The position numbers and the translations under genes are program-made. The notes under the pieces are model-generated. The model was not told the DNA's origin. It saw only the letters and a program-made list of their open reading frames with translations, and ran no database searches. DNA of 50,987 nt from Escherichia phage JLBYU10, in the sequence record OK272486.1, one strand, 5' to 3'. This document shows positions 8,811-16,964 of this stretch, one piece after another (the first letter of the stretch is position 1; each line of letters opens with the position of its first letter).

Positions 8811-10387
8811 CCCAGCAGTATTGGATTGACAAAAATAACACCATTAATCACACAAACATAATTTCTTTCTTCCAGCATTGGCAGCAAGTGCCCTTCTATC
8901 CTCTTCATTACGCCAGCCTGACCAACGAAAGGTTTTACCTTTCTCGCTGATTCGTACAGGGCGCGAATATTCAGGATTCCTTTGTTCGCCTTGCCGTGCC
9001 TCGTGATCAATTCAATCAATTTACCCATTTCAGCATCATCACCAGCATAACCAGAAGCATTGGCGGCGCTAATGTATGTTTTGCTCAATTCCTGAAACAT
9101 GATCAACGCCTCTTGCATTGTTTCCACGTCGATCTCTTTCGACTTCTGCGGGTATCCGGCAGGATTAAACCAGTTACGGATAACATGCAGGACGGAAGCA
9201 AGCCTGATCACCTGTTTATCCATTTTACCCAGCGCACCGCGTAACATTGTATGAGAATACTTTCCTCCGTCTGCAAGATGCGGTTCCATATCCTGGCGAG
9301 CAATGTTGAGCACTCGCATAGCTGAACGGCTTATTTTCAGCGATATATTTGATTCGCTCATGATGTTATGCACCAATTGATAATATTGGGCTTTCAATTC
9401 AGAATCCACCGCCTCATAGGTAGAATCACCATTTTCATCAATGAATGAGCGACGGCCTAAGAATGATTCCTCTCGGACCAACAAAAAACGCTCACTAACA
9501 CCGATGCCTCGCGATCCAGCGTCCATTATTCCGCTTATCGTTTCATCCTGGGCTATAACGCTCATACATCCAAGCGCGCGAAAACTCATATTATTGTCAG
9601 CATTAGCGCGGGCAATTGATACGTGACCATTATCCCACGCCTTAAGCACTAACTCACTGTTAGTCTTCCTTTCGCTATTTGCATAGGTCAAGCCTAACAG
9701 ACTGTTAATACTTGTTGCTTCATCAGATATTACGGCAAAGTTACCTTGCTTGTTGTTGATTTTCGCCAAGCCTTCTGGAGTTGTATCTGAAACAGGAAAA
9801 GTTATATCACACATTTTTTCCAGCTTTTCCTCCAGATCCTCTTTTTCCTGGTATAGAGATTCCATATCAGCGCCGGATCTTTCGCTTTTCATCTCCTTTG
9901 CAAGACCTGCCAGCTTTGCCTGTATTTTCTTTCTTTCCTTGCGGCGTTGCTCGTTGATCTTCTCAACTTCCGCAATCATCGGAGCAATAGCCATGCTGTT
10001 GATCGCAGATTTACCAGTTGACGGCGGCTGGCTTGTAACGACGTAAAGCGCAGTCGGCTGATCTGTTCCGTGATAGTCAACCGTAAAGCGTCCAAGCATA
10101 GCGGCAGAAATGCAGCCGATAAAGTGCATGTAAGCCGATGATTCAGGGAATTGAACGGATCGCGCAATGCTGCGTGATAACTTGCCGACAACATCAATAT
10201 CATTACCAAGAGAAATAACGGGGTAGCGATCGTGACCGCTATTCACATCCTTTACGTCGCCCCAAAAGCTGGACGACTGGCGATAGCCGTTAGCCTGAAT
10301 TGATACGCGAACTGGCGAAAGGTTCTGGCTTTCAGCCATAGCGATTATTTGCTGTGGAGTTAATTTGTTCGTTTCTAATGAAAACAT
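8807..10387 (-). CDS. large hypothetical protein with P-loop-like motif
   Basis: 526 aa; PPSTGKS Walker-A-like; AAGGAGA RBS; coiled-coil-like KEDLEEKLEK segment. Confidence 0.55.
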   Translation of the reverse strand: MFSLETNKLTPQQIIAMAESQNLSPVRVSIQANGYRQSSSFWGDVKDVNSGHDRYPVISLGNDIDVVGKLSRSIARSVQFPESSAYMHFIGCISAAMLGRFTVDYHGTDQPTALYVVTSQPPSTGKSAINSMAIAPMIAEVEKINEQRRKERKKIQAKLAGLAKEMKSERSGADMESLYQEKEDLEEKLEKMCDITFPVSDTTPEGLAKINNKQGNFAVISDEATSINSLLGLTYANSERKTNSELVLKAWDNGHVSIARANADNNMSFRALGCMSVIAQDETISGIMDAGSRGIGVSERFLLVREESFLGRRSFIDENGDSTYEAVDSELKAQYYQLVHNIMSESNISLKISRSAMRVLNIARQDMEPHLADGGKYSHTMLRGALGKMDKQVIRLASVLHVIRNWFNPAGYPQKSKEIDVETMQEALIMFQELSKTYISAANASGYAGDDAEMGKLIELITRHGKANKGILNIRALYESARKVKPFVGQAGVMKRIEGHLLPMLEERNYVCVINGVIFVNPILLG

Positions 10388-10415
10388 TCGTTAGCTTCTC
10401 CTTTGTGGGCCGTAA

Positions 10416-10459
10416 ATTTTAACGGCCCAATACTACCCCGTTTTGTCAAAAAGTGCTAT
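10416..10459 (-). promoter_or_regulatory. Motif-type promoter-like unit (minus): ATAGCACTTTTTGACAAAAC, hairpin GGGCCG..CGGCCC, TAAAAT
   Basis: Motif overlaps TAG stop of upstream gene; -10-like hexamer in hairpin loop 22 bp after TTGACA. Confidence 0.5.
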
Positions 10460-10677
10460 TTGATCCGCTCTATTGCAACCAGAAGTCGATCAGGCTGGCG
10501 GTCGCTGTAGCATTCTCCTGTAATCCCATCCTTAAACGTAAAGTAAAGCGCCTTATGATATGAAAAACCAATCAGCCAACCTACCGCCGTTTTTTTGATG
10601 GGCCTAACTATATCGCCAGGCTTGAAAGTCTTTGTGGTAGAATGCGTTACTTTATAACGGTTTTCACTGTTTATCAC
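10456..10677 (-). CDS. hypothetical protein
   Basis: ORF track. Confidence 0.45.
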   Translation of the reverse strand: MINSENRYKVTHSTTKTFKPGDIVRPIKKTAVGWLIGFSYHKALYFTFKDGITGECYSDRQPDRLLVAIERIK

Positions 10678-11060
10678 AGATATTTGCCCTCAAACAGATA
10701 ACAGCCGCCAGCAGAGAATCCGACCTCTTCACGGTACAGGTTCCAGCGGTCGCCGCACTCATCAAAAACATAACCCGCAACGCTTCCAAGCGGTCGCCCT
10801 TTCTCGATCTGGTATCGCTTGCCCTGCTTAAAGTGCTTTTTGCACGGCATGTTATGATCTACAAACGTGCAAAGAACGGTTTTTGTGTTAATGGCGCGGT
10901 AATCATCTCGGTTTGCTGGAAGCCAGCGGCTACCCTTAACAAGCGTCTTAACCTGGAATTCTTCCACCTCGATCACATCATCACTTCCTGCAATCTTCTG
11001 ATAAACCGTTTTAAAACGGCCTTTCATCAATACGTTGGTTTCATTACAGATAACATTCAT
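10674..11060 (-). CDS. hypothetical protein
   Basis: ORF track; AAGGAGATC RBS. Confidence 0.5.
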   Translation of the reverse strand: MNVICNETNVLMKGRFKTVYQKIAGSDDVIEVEEFQVKTLVKGSRWLPANRDDYRAINTKTVLCTFVDHNMPCKKHFKQGKRYQIEKGRPLGSVAGYVFDECGDRWNLYREEVGFSAGGCYLFEGKYL

Positions 11061-11089
11061 GATTAGATCTCCTTTGTTTGTTCGATGTG

Positions 11090-11133
11090 ATTATGCCAGG
11101 TTTTTACACCTGGCTTTTAACAAAAAGTGCTAT
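11090..11133 (-). promoter_or_regulatory. Motif-type promoter-like unit (minus): ATAGCACTTTTTGTTAAAAG, hairpin CCAGG..CCTGG, CATAAT
   Basis: Motif overlaps TAG stop of methyltransferase-like gene; fixed 22-bp spacer. Confidence 0.5.
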
Positions 11134-11870
11134 TTTGAATTTGACTCAAAGACGGCGCGAGCAAATCCGCGCGGAGTGAGGGAGCGTAGTTGCTTTGTTC
11201 TGGCAGACTTACCGCCTAAAAACTTCCAACCCCAAAAGAACATTACGCCATCATCATTGGATAACGGCTTGCGTTCCGGTTCGGTAAATCCGTTGCCGCA
11301 CCAGATAGCCGTCCTTTTAGTGTAGCCATCCTTTAGCGGCATTTTGGGGTGAAATGACCCATCGGATTCGTCCAAGTAGTTACCAAAATCGCGCGGATTG
11401 AAATAAAAATCCGGCTTGCGCCATAGCGTTGATAGTCGGCCTACCGGATTCTCAGCCATCCAGGGAACACCGAAATGATTTCCGACTTTTTCAACCATGA
11501 TTGCATTTTGGAGCGCGATATGAATATCGTCTTCGCTGCGCACATGCTTACTTCCTGATTGGGCGAACATGGTGCAGTCTGGAAAGCCAAATACAATATC
11601 AGGTTTTGGAATATCCATCTTAATGATGTTTTCAATGAAATTTTCATCAATCCACATATTCACATAATGCAGATTTTCATGCTTCATTTTGATGAAATAT
11701 TCTCCGTGATTGCCTTCGTCAGCGTTAAAGCAATAGCATTGATAACCAGCCTTCGCATATTCAAGCAACATGATTCCAGATCCATCAAACATTGAGTAAG
11801 CAACTTTATTTCCCATGATTTTTATGATACCCCAATTCATTCTCGGCTTTACGTTTTGCGGCAACAGCAT
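11130..11870 (-). CDS. DNA cytosine methyltransferase-like protein
   Basis: FDGSG (motif I-like), GFPDC (Pro-Cys-like), ENP motifs; start uncertain (overlaps HNH gene end). Confidence 0.5.
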   Translation of the reverse strand: MLLPQNVKPRMNWGIIKIMGNKVAYSMFDGSGIMLLEYAKAGYQCYCFNADEGNHGEYFIKMKHENLHYVNMWIDENFIENIIKMDIPKPDIVFGFPDCTMFAQSGSKHVRSEDDIHIALQNAIMVEKVGNHFGVPWMAENPVGRLSTLWRKPDFYFNPRDFGNYLDESDGSFHPKMPLKDGYTKRTAIWCGNGFTEPERKPLSNDDGVMFFWGWKFLGGKSARTKQLRSLTPRGFARAVFESNSK

Positions 11871-12333
11871 CTCCAAAACTGGAGAAACAACCTATATAAA
11901 TCCTACTTCCTCGCTTTCCGCTTCCAACCCTTACAATCCACTTGCCATGTTTATTTTTATGCACGCCTGGTATGCCACTTGTATTGTTTTTCTGCTTTGA
12001 TGTGTTTCGCATATTTCCTTTGTGATCTTTTAACTCAAAGTTTATTGCTCTGTTATCAGTCGTAATGTGATTTACGTGATCAACCTCCATTCCTTCCGGT
12101 ATAGGCCCATAGTGCATTTCATAGCATATTCTATGAACTTTCAGGTTATAACGTTTTCCGTTTACAGTAAGTGCGGTTTCTAAATATCTGCCACCACTAC
12201 CCAAAGAGCCAACCTCATTACCAGCATTACAAGCATTCCATTGTTTAACTCTTGATTGGTGAATATCTTTTCTTTCTTTCCAGAACAGCTTTCCGGTTTC
12301 TGGATTGTATGTAAAGTAATCGTGCCAATTCAT
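11806..12333 (-). CDS. HNH homing endonuclease (HNH plus AP2-like DNA-binding region)
   Basis: VDHVNHITTDNR HNH signature; GIPGV...KW...VG; paralogous to ORF at 39518..39994. Confidence 0.65.
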   Translation of the reverse strand: MNWHDYFTYNPETGKLFWKERKDIHQSRVKQWNACNAGNEVGSLGSGGRYLETALTVNGKRYNLKVHRICYEMHYGPIPEGMEVDHVNHITTDNRAINFELKDHKGNMRNTSKQKNNTSGIPGVHKNKHGKWIVRVGSGKRGSRIYIGCFSSFGDAVAAKRKAENELGYHKNHGK

Positions 12334-12341
12334 TCATTACC

Positions 12342-12566
12342 TCAAAACGGAAAACAGCGCGCACAACCAGGATCGAAATCGCATCCACAATCATTAACAA
12401 TCATAGTGGGATCTGCAAATATTGCGCTTGATTCAAGATCCATATCCATATCACCTAAAGCCTCATCAAGAGTCTTAATTTTATATGCCACTTCAAGCGC
12501 CGCCTCTTTATTTAGTCCGGCATCTTCTGCCATTTGAAGGCGCTCAAAAAATCCGTCTTGACTCAT
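12342..12566 (-). CDS. hypothetical protein
   Basis: ORF track. Confidence 0.4.
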   Translation of the reverse strand: MSQDGFFERLQMAEDAGLNKEAALEVAYKIKTLDEALGDMDMDLESSAIFADPTMIVNDCGCDFDPGCARCFPF

Positions 12567-12679
12567 CGCATAATCCCCTTAATAACAGCCAAGATAATAG
12601 CCAGGCCAGCAGCAGTAACCAAAAAGCCAACCGCGCCAATAATCGAATAAAAAAAGAAATCAATAGCCTTATCTATCAT
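12563..12679 (-). CDS. small hydrophobic protein (38 aa), not in ORF track
   Basis: Hand translation MIDKAIDFFFYSIIGAVGFLVTAAGLAIILAVIKGIMR; GAGGTGG RBS; TGA overlapping ATG of next gene. Confidence 0.3.
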   Translation of the reverse strand: MIDKAIDFFFYSIIGAVGFLVTAAGLAIILAVIKGIMR

Positions 12680-12721
12680 TTTCCACCTCATTTAAAAGGC
12701 GGCAAAACGCCGCCAGATTAA

Positions 12722-12949
12722 TTAAAGAGCACGCCAACTTTGAATATAGAAAGCGTTTTCTTCCAGTAATTCTTTTAACTGATCTTTATTGTATTTGCGC
12801 ACCTTACCGCCTGGATGGATACCAATAAGATAGCCGCCTTTGCCCTCGGTGATAGTGATTTGGCTAATTCCACAAGACTTATCAAGTTTTACAGCAACGC
12901 GGTGATGAGCGTCAATAGTTGACATAATGTTTAAAACTTTTGCTTTCAT
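12722..12949 (-). CDS. hypothetical protein
   Basis: ORF track. Confidence 0.45.
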   Translation of the reverse strand: MKAKVLNIMSTIDAHHRVAVKLDKSCGISQITITEGKGGYLIGIHPGGKVRKYNKDQLKELLEENAFYIQSWRAL

Positions 12950-13057
12950 TTAAATATCCTCAATTGAAATATGAATGACGTGGCGCTCTTTTTCCGTCGC
13001 CGCCGTAATGGTCATTTGCAACCGCCACCATCCAAGCGTTTTTGAAAATAAATAGCC

Positions 13058-13270
13058 TCATTTCTTATTTTTCAGCTTAAATTTATGACCTGGAACACCA
13101 GCGCCAATATACCCATCGTTGTATTCCATTAAATAAAGGTGAAGACCATTATCTGAAATTACATGAGGATCTTCTTTGAGATTTCCCATTAGTGGATATT
13201 CTTTTCCGCGCGTAAATTTCCAAATTGAGTTATAAGTTTCTACGCATTTAAGTTTTAATTGCTTTGCCAT
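13058..13270 (-). CDS. hypothetical protein
   Basis: ORF track. Confidence 0.4.
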   Translation of the reverse strand: MAKQLKLKCVETYNSIWKFTRGKEYPLMGNLKEDPHVISDNGLHLYLMEYNDGYIGAGVPGHKFKLKNKK

Positions 13271-13551
13271 TATGCGATCCCAGTTACGTTAAAACTTACA
13301 GCCTTTGTTGCGCTAAATACATAAGCATCAACAGCGCCGCCAAATACACGAATTTTACCCTGGCCGTACTGCGCATTCATATTTCGCCAAACCGTTCTAT
13401 TAGAGCAGAATGCGCTACCAGTCTTAATAAGCGTATCCATATCTTTTCTTAGATCGCGATAGTCCAGCCAGAATCTAAAGGCACGCTGTTTAATTCGCGC
13501 CGCCTTGATTTTTTCTCTTGCGCTATTGAAATCATTCTTTTCGTATGCCAT
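13270..13551 (-). CDS. hypothetical protein
   Basis: ORF track; start-stop overlap with neighbours. Confidence 0.45.
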   Translation of the reverse strand: MAYEKNDFNSAREKIKAARIKQRAFRFWLDYRDLRKDMDTLIKTGSAFCSNRTVWRNMNAQYGQGKIRVFGGAVDAYVFSATKAVSFNVTGIA

Positions 13552-13748
13552 TAAATGATCTCCATGTATGTTTCAAAGCCATTTAACTTGAACAGTCCGT
13601 TTTCACATTTGCGCACGTTCCAAGTTAGCCCTGAGTGGTACGCCTCCATATCATCAAGGTCAATGGTGATTTCAGCACCTTTCTTAAACAAACCTTTTTC
13701 GTGAGACTTGTCGCGCTTAACAACTTTAACATCAACCTGATTTTCCAT
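13551..13748 (-). CDS. hypothetical protein
   Basis: ORF 13551..13799 trimmed to ATG with GAGGA RBS so that the motif promoter lies upstream. Confidence 0.4.
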   Translation of the reverse strand: MENQVDVKVVKRDKSHEKGLFKKGAEITIDLDDMEAYHSGLTWNVRKCENGLFKLNGFETYMEII

Positions 13749-13779
13749 CTTTAAATCCTCGTTTGTTGTCGATGGGTGT

Positions 13780-13823
13780 AATATACCATTCAGGAGCACA
13801 TCGTTTTTAACAAAAAGTGCTAT
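13780..13823 (-). promoter_or_regulatory. Motif-type promoter-like unit (minus): ATAGCACTTTTTGTTAAAAA, 22-bp spacer, TATATT
   Basis: Motif overlaps TAG stop of upstream gene. Confidence 0.45.
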
Positions 13824-14110
13824 TCAACAACTTTTCCAGTTAAAGAGATAAGTTGCCTTGTAATCTTGTGGCGGCGATACTTACGCGCAACAACAGGAAG
13901 GCTTTCACCGCTTTGATGGCCAAAGCAGATCGGCAATTCACCTTCAAGGGAGCGGAAGCCACCAAATTCAAGATCCCGCACTGGCTTCGTGCGCCAGGCT
14001 TCAATAAATCCTCGCTCGTCACGAGTGATATAGCGGTATATGTTCGGGAGGGGCAATTGTATCCCCTCAAAATCCACGGTGTCGGTATAGCTATAAAACT
14101 TAGAACTCAT
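13820..14110 (-). CDS. hypothetical protein
   Basis: ORF 13820..14161 trimmed to Met coupled to upstream small ORF. Confidence 0.4.
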   Translation of the reverse strand: MSSKFYSYTDTVDFEGIQLPLPNIYRYITRDERGFIEAWRTKPVRDLEFGGFRSLEGELPICFGHQSGESLPVVARKYRRHKITRQLISLTGKVVE

Positions 14111-14252
14111 AGTCAACAACTCCAAACTCATTGACGATTTGGGCCTTGTAGAAGCCGCCATTTTTCGCCAGGTTGTAACAAGCGGCTACGGTTTCAAATT
14201 CGCGCGCTTCCGGCTGGCTGTTTTCGTGTTCCCAGGTAATCAGAGTAACCAT
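14100..14252 (-). CDS. small hypothetical protein (50 aa), not in ORF track
   Basis: Hand translation MVTLITWEHENSQPEAREFETVAACYNLAKNGGFYKAQIVNEFGVVDYEF; GAGGA RBS. Confidence 0.3.
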   Translation of the reverse strand: MVTLITWEHENSQPEAREFETVAACYNLAKNGGFYKAQIVNEFGVVDYEF

Positions 14253-14285
14253 TTTAAAATCCTCGCATTCGTTGTCGATGCGTGT

Positions 14286-14329
14286 AATGTACAGGAATGC
14301 GAGGATTGAGTTTTAACAAAAAGTGCTAT
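14286..14329 (-). promoter_or_regulatory. Motif-type promoter-like unit (minus): ATAGCACTTTTTGTTAAAAC, 22-bp spacer, TACATT, 10-bp inverted repeat CCTCGCATTC/GAATGCGAGG around it
   Basis: Motif adjacent to TAA stop of upstream gene; long stem flanks the -10-like hexamer. Confidence 0.45.
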
Positions 14330-14593
14330 TTAGTCCAGGAATTCGATTTCACGCTCTCCAGTTAACGGATCCACAAGCCAGAATCCGAGCGGTTCGCCGT
14401 GAACACCGCCATAGAATCCAAGCGCCGTCAGATCTTCACCTTTAACAAATACCAGTTTTCCGCTACGGCCTACGTGAGACACGTTAACGATAACCGGAAA
14501 TGTGCGATCCTTAAATGCAGGACGCAGGGCGTAACATCCGTTGTTGAGCAAACGTGCTTTGCGCTTAACTGGAATAGGTGCATTAATTTTCAT
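14330..14593 (-). CDS. hypothetical protein
   Basis: ORF track; AAGGAG RBS. Confidence 0.5.
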   Translation of the reverse strand: MKINAPIPVKRKARLLNNGCYALRPAFKDRTFPVIVNVSHVGRSGKLVFVKGEDLTALGFYGGVHGEPLGFWLVDPLTGEREIEFLD

Positions 14594-14819
14594 GGTTATT
14601 ACTCCTTATCGTAAAGATTTAAAGACGTATAGTTTATTGCGGTAACTATATATCCGCATTGTTATTTCTCGCAGTGCAATATATTCCTTCCTGTTTTCCG
14701 GCAGACTGGCGAGCAACAACAGGCAGTATTTATAAGCGCGGTCAAGATTTCTTTCCGTGCCCCTGCAATATCCCTTGTTGCGCCTGGAACGGTACAGCCA
14801 TAACAATTTCTTGAACATT

Positions 14820-15029
14820 TCAGATACGCCCATACAGATCACAGACTTCGTTGATAAAACAGCGTTGAGACTCTTTATCGTCACGCTCAAAAATTGCGCG
14901 GCATTCAAACTTAAGATTATGCACGATGACTACAACCATATTTTCAGGCATTGAGCGGTTATAGCGTCGCGCGTCAGTGATTAAAACATCCATACCCATC
15001 TCATGTGCTTTCTTGATCACATCCAACAT
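14820..15029 (-). CDS. hypothetical protein
   Basis: ORF 14820..15053 trimmed to ATG with GGAGAAG RBS. Confidence 0.4.
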   Translation of the reverse strand: MLDVIKKAHEMGMDVLITDARRYNRSMPENMVVVIVHNLKFECRAIFERDDKESQRCFINEVCDLYGRI

Positions 15030-15283
15030 TTTTTCTTCTCCTGCAATAAGCAAACATCATTGATAAAATCAGCACGGCCCTTAATGTTGCTGATGTGGAA
15101 CGTCTTTTCAGCGTACAGGCCATCACCTTCAATCACGATCATTACGCGAGTCGGTTTATTCACGGGCGCACACGAAAAGAGTGGTCGCGCCGGAAGAAAT
15201 TTAGTAGCCACATCCAGGTTAGCCCTGGCGGCCCTGCAAAATGCCTCCGCCAGATCCAAATCATTTTCGGTAATCACCGCCAT
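15017..15283 (-). CDS. hypothetical protein
   Basis: ORF track. Confidence 0.4.
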   Translation of the reverse strand: MAVITENDLDLAEAFCRAARANLDVATKFLPARPLFSCAPVNKPTRVMIVIEGDGLYAEKTFHISNIKGRADFINDVCLLQEKKKCWM

Positions 15284-15555
15284 TACTTCTTGATCTCCTC
15301 ACTGATAAATTTCAGCACCTGACGCAAGAAAACCTCGTTGTTGATAGTCGCTGGCAATTCTTCCTTCACTTCTTGCGGCAGATAGATATTGCCATGCCAG
15401 GTCAAGCAATCGTAGTTGATACGATAAGAGCAAAGCCACTCGCAATCGTTATCTGCTTCCCAAATGCAGAGTTGCAGAACATCGCCAAAATCTTCAACAG
15501 TCAGATCCAGACCGTGACGCTTAGCGAAATTGAAAGTGGTTTTGCTGATGTTCAT
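15283..15555 (-). CDS. hypothetical protein, first gene of leftward block
   Basis: ORF track; CAGGAGATAGC RBS. Confidence 0.5.
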   Translation of the reverse strand: MNISKTTFNFAKRHGLDLTVEDFGDVLQLCIWEADNDCEWLCSYRINYDCLTWHGNIYLPQEVKEELPATINNEVFLRQVLKFISEEIKK

Positions 15556-15589
15556 TGCTATCTCCTGAGCGGTTCGTTTTGATGTGTGT

Positions 15590-15633
15590 AATGTACCCGA
15601 TCAGACGGCCTGAGTTTTAACAAAAAGTGCTAT
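15590..15633 (-). promoter_or_regulatory. Motif-type promoter-like unit (minus): ATAGCACTTTTTGTTAAAAC, 22-bp spacer, TACATT
   Basis: Only motif copy heading the leftward gene block; not preceded by a gene. Confidence 0.5.
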
Positions 15634-15660
15634 TTGACGGTTAGCGCCAGGATTGTGATC

Positions 15661-15752
15661 GAAATAATCAAAAGTAATCATTCGTAATCAAATAACGTCA
15701 AAATGATGATTGCCTTTGCAAACTTGATGAGAAAAGTAATCACGTTTAATCA
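15661..15752. repeat. Phased short direct repeats (TAATCA at 10-bp spacing, then GTAATCA/TTAATCA)
   Basis: Three TAATCA copies exactly one helical turn apart, two more related copies ~50 bp downstream; upstream of leftward promoter. Confidence 0.5.
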
Positions 15753-15899
15753 TTGGTTGCAGGGGAGATAGTGAAACCCTCCCCTCTTGCCTCACTTTTC
15801 CGCCTGGCTGTCAGTGGTTGTTATGTTCCGTTCCCGCCTGTTCTTTTGTTGACCTTCCGCAAAATACGATAACAAAAAATAACAAACAATACCTATATA

Positions 15900-16165
15900 A
15901 TACATTGAAAAATAAGGATTATTTATTTATATGTATCTATATATTCTCTTTTGTTATCTTGGTTATTGTGGTATTTGGTGGGGGTATATAGTTTTTGTGT
16001 ATCTGTATGTGTGTATGGGTATGTAGGGGCATATATATCTATATGGCACTTTCCGCGAGAAAACTTCGATAACAGGCAATGATAACATTGATTTATAAGG
16101 AAAAATAACGCCAATATTGTTATTGTGCCACCATGTAAAATTGATAAAACACGCGGGAACAAGAA
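15900..16165. repeat. TG/TA-rich non-coding element, copy 1 (homologous to 45000..45240)
   Basis: Shares TTATTTATTTAT-TGTAT...CTTTTGTTATCT...TTGTGGT..TTTGGT and GGGAACAAGAAAAA blocks with copy 2. Confidence 0.6.
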
Positions 16166-16172
16166 AAAACAG

Positions 16173-16201
16173 TTGACACATTAAATAGCATTATTGATAA
16201 T
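16173..16201 (+). promoter_or_regulatory. sigma70-type promoter (TTGACA, 17 bp, GATAAT)
   Basis: Canonical hexamers with 17-bp spacer ~30 bp upstream of first rightward early gene. Confidence 0.6.
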
Positions 16202-16230
16202 GCCGACACCTAACAACCAGGAGGTAGAAA

Positions 16231-16695
16231 ATGAGCGAGCAATCATTCACTGACACGCTGCGCCGTGCCGCTATTATGCTGGCTAATGGCGAGGAAGAGA
16301 CGATCAAGATTCCTGACGCGTATTTGCAGGTCCACATGTTCGGCAAGAAGTCGGCAAGCAATCCGGCGGCCTACATTCGCCAGATCATGAGTCGAGTGCC
16401 AGAAGTCGCCGAGCGGGGGAGCGTATCCGTTACCCGTGGCGTTTACGGGCCGGAAGATGAAAACTTCGGTAGCACTTTCTACGAGGTGCGCATTGTTGAA
16501 GGCCGTCGCAAGGTTTACAACAAAGATGCACTGGAAAGGGCAGTACGCCAGGCTAAGCGCAAGGTTGCAGAGGCGATCATTGATATGTCACCAAACCTGG
16601 CAAACTATGCGCCGGAAGAGTATGAAACATTATCAAAGGCCGTCGCTGACTTTCACGCGATGATCAAAAAAACTTTCCTGGAGGATGAGCAATGA
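16231..16695 (+). CDS. hypothetical early protein
   Basis: ORF track; AGGAGG RBS; first gene after strong promoter. Confidence 0.55.
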   Translation: MSEQSFTDTLRRAAIMLANGEEETIKIPDAYLQVHMFGKKSASNPAAYIRQIMSRVPEVAERGSVSVTRGVYGPEDENFGSTFYEVRIVEGRRKVYNKDALERAVRQAKRKVAEAIIDMSPNLANYAPEEYETLSKAVADFHAMIKKTFLEDEQ

Positions 16696-16964
16696 AAAAG
16701 GCGTTAATCGGCGTTTTGGTGGCAATGGCATTCCTGACCGGATGCGAAGAAGATGGCGCGCATGTTGGCAATGTGCAGATGGCTAACCCTGGCGATGACT
16801 ACAGCGTAAGGGAGCTATTCACCGCCGATGGTTGCACTGTTTACCGATTCTATGACGGTCGCACTGTTTACTTCACCAACTGCAAGGGAACGACTAGCTG
16901 GGAAGTGTCGAAAAGCAACGGCAAAGGCACGAAAACAGAATACATGACCGTTGAGACAAAATAG
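16692..16964 (+). CDS. lipoprotein (possible superinfection-exclusion type)
   Basis: Signal peptide with lipobox FLTGC; ATGA overlap with upstream gene. Confidence 0.5.
   Translation: MKKALIGVLVAMAFLTGCEEDGAHVGNVQMANPGDDYSVRELFTADGCTVYRFYDGRTVYFTNCKGTTSWEVSKSNGKGTKTEYMTVETK

Noticed and set aside
14606-14908. ORF 14606..14908 as a full-length gene
   Set aside because: Overlaps the better-supported gene 14820..15029 in another frame; kept only as a possible short internal-start product.
15900-16100. TG/TA-rich repetitive stretch that superficially resembles a repeat array
   Set aside because: No regular repeat-spacer periodicity and no identical direct repeats of 24-40 bp; better explained as low-complexity regulatory DNA shared with 45000-45240.
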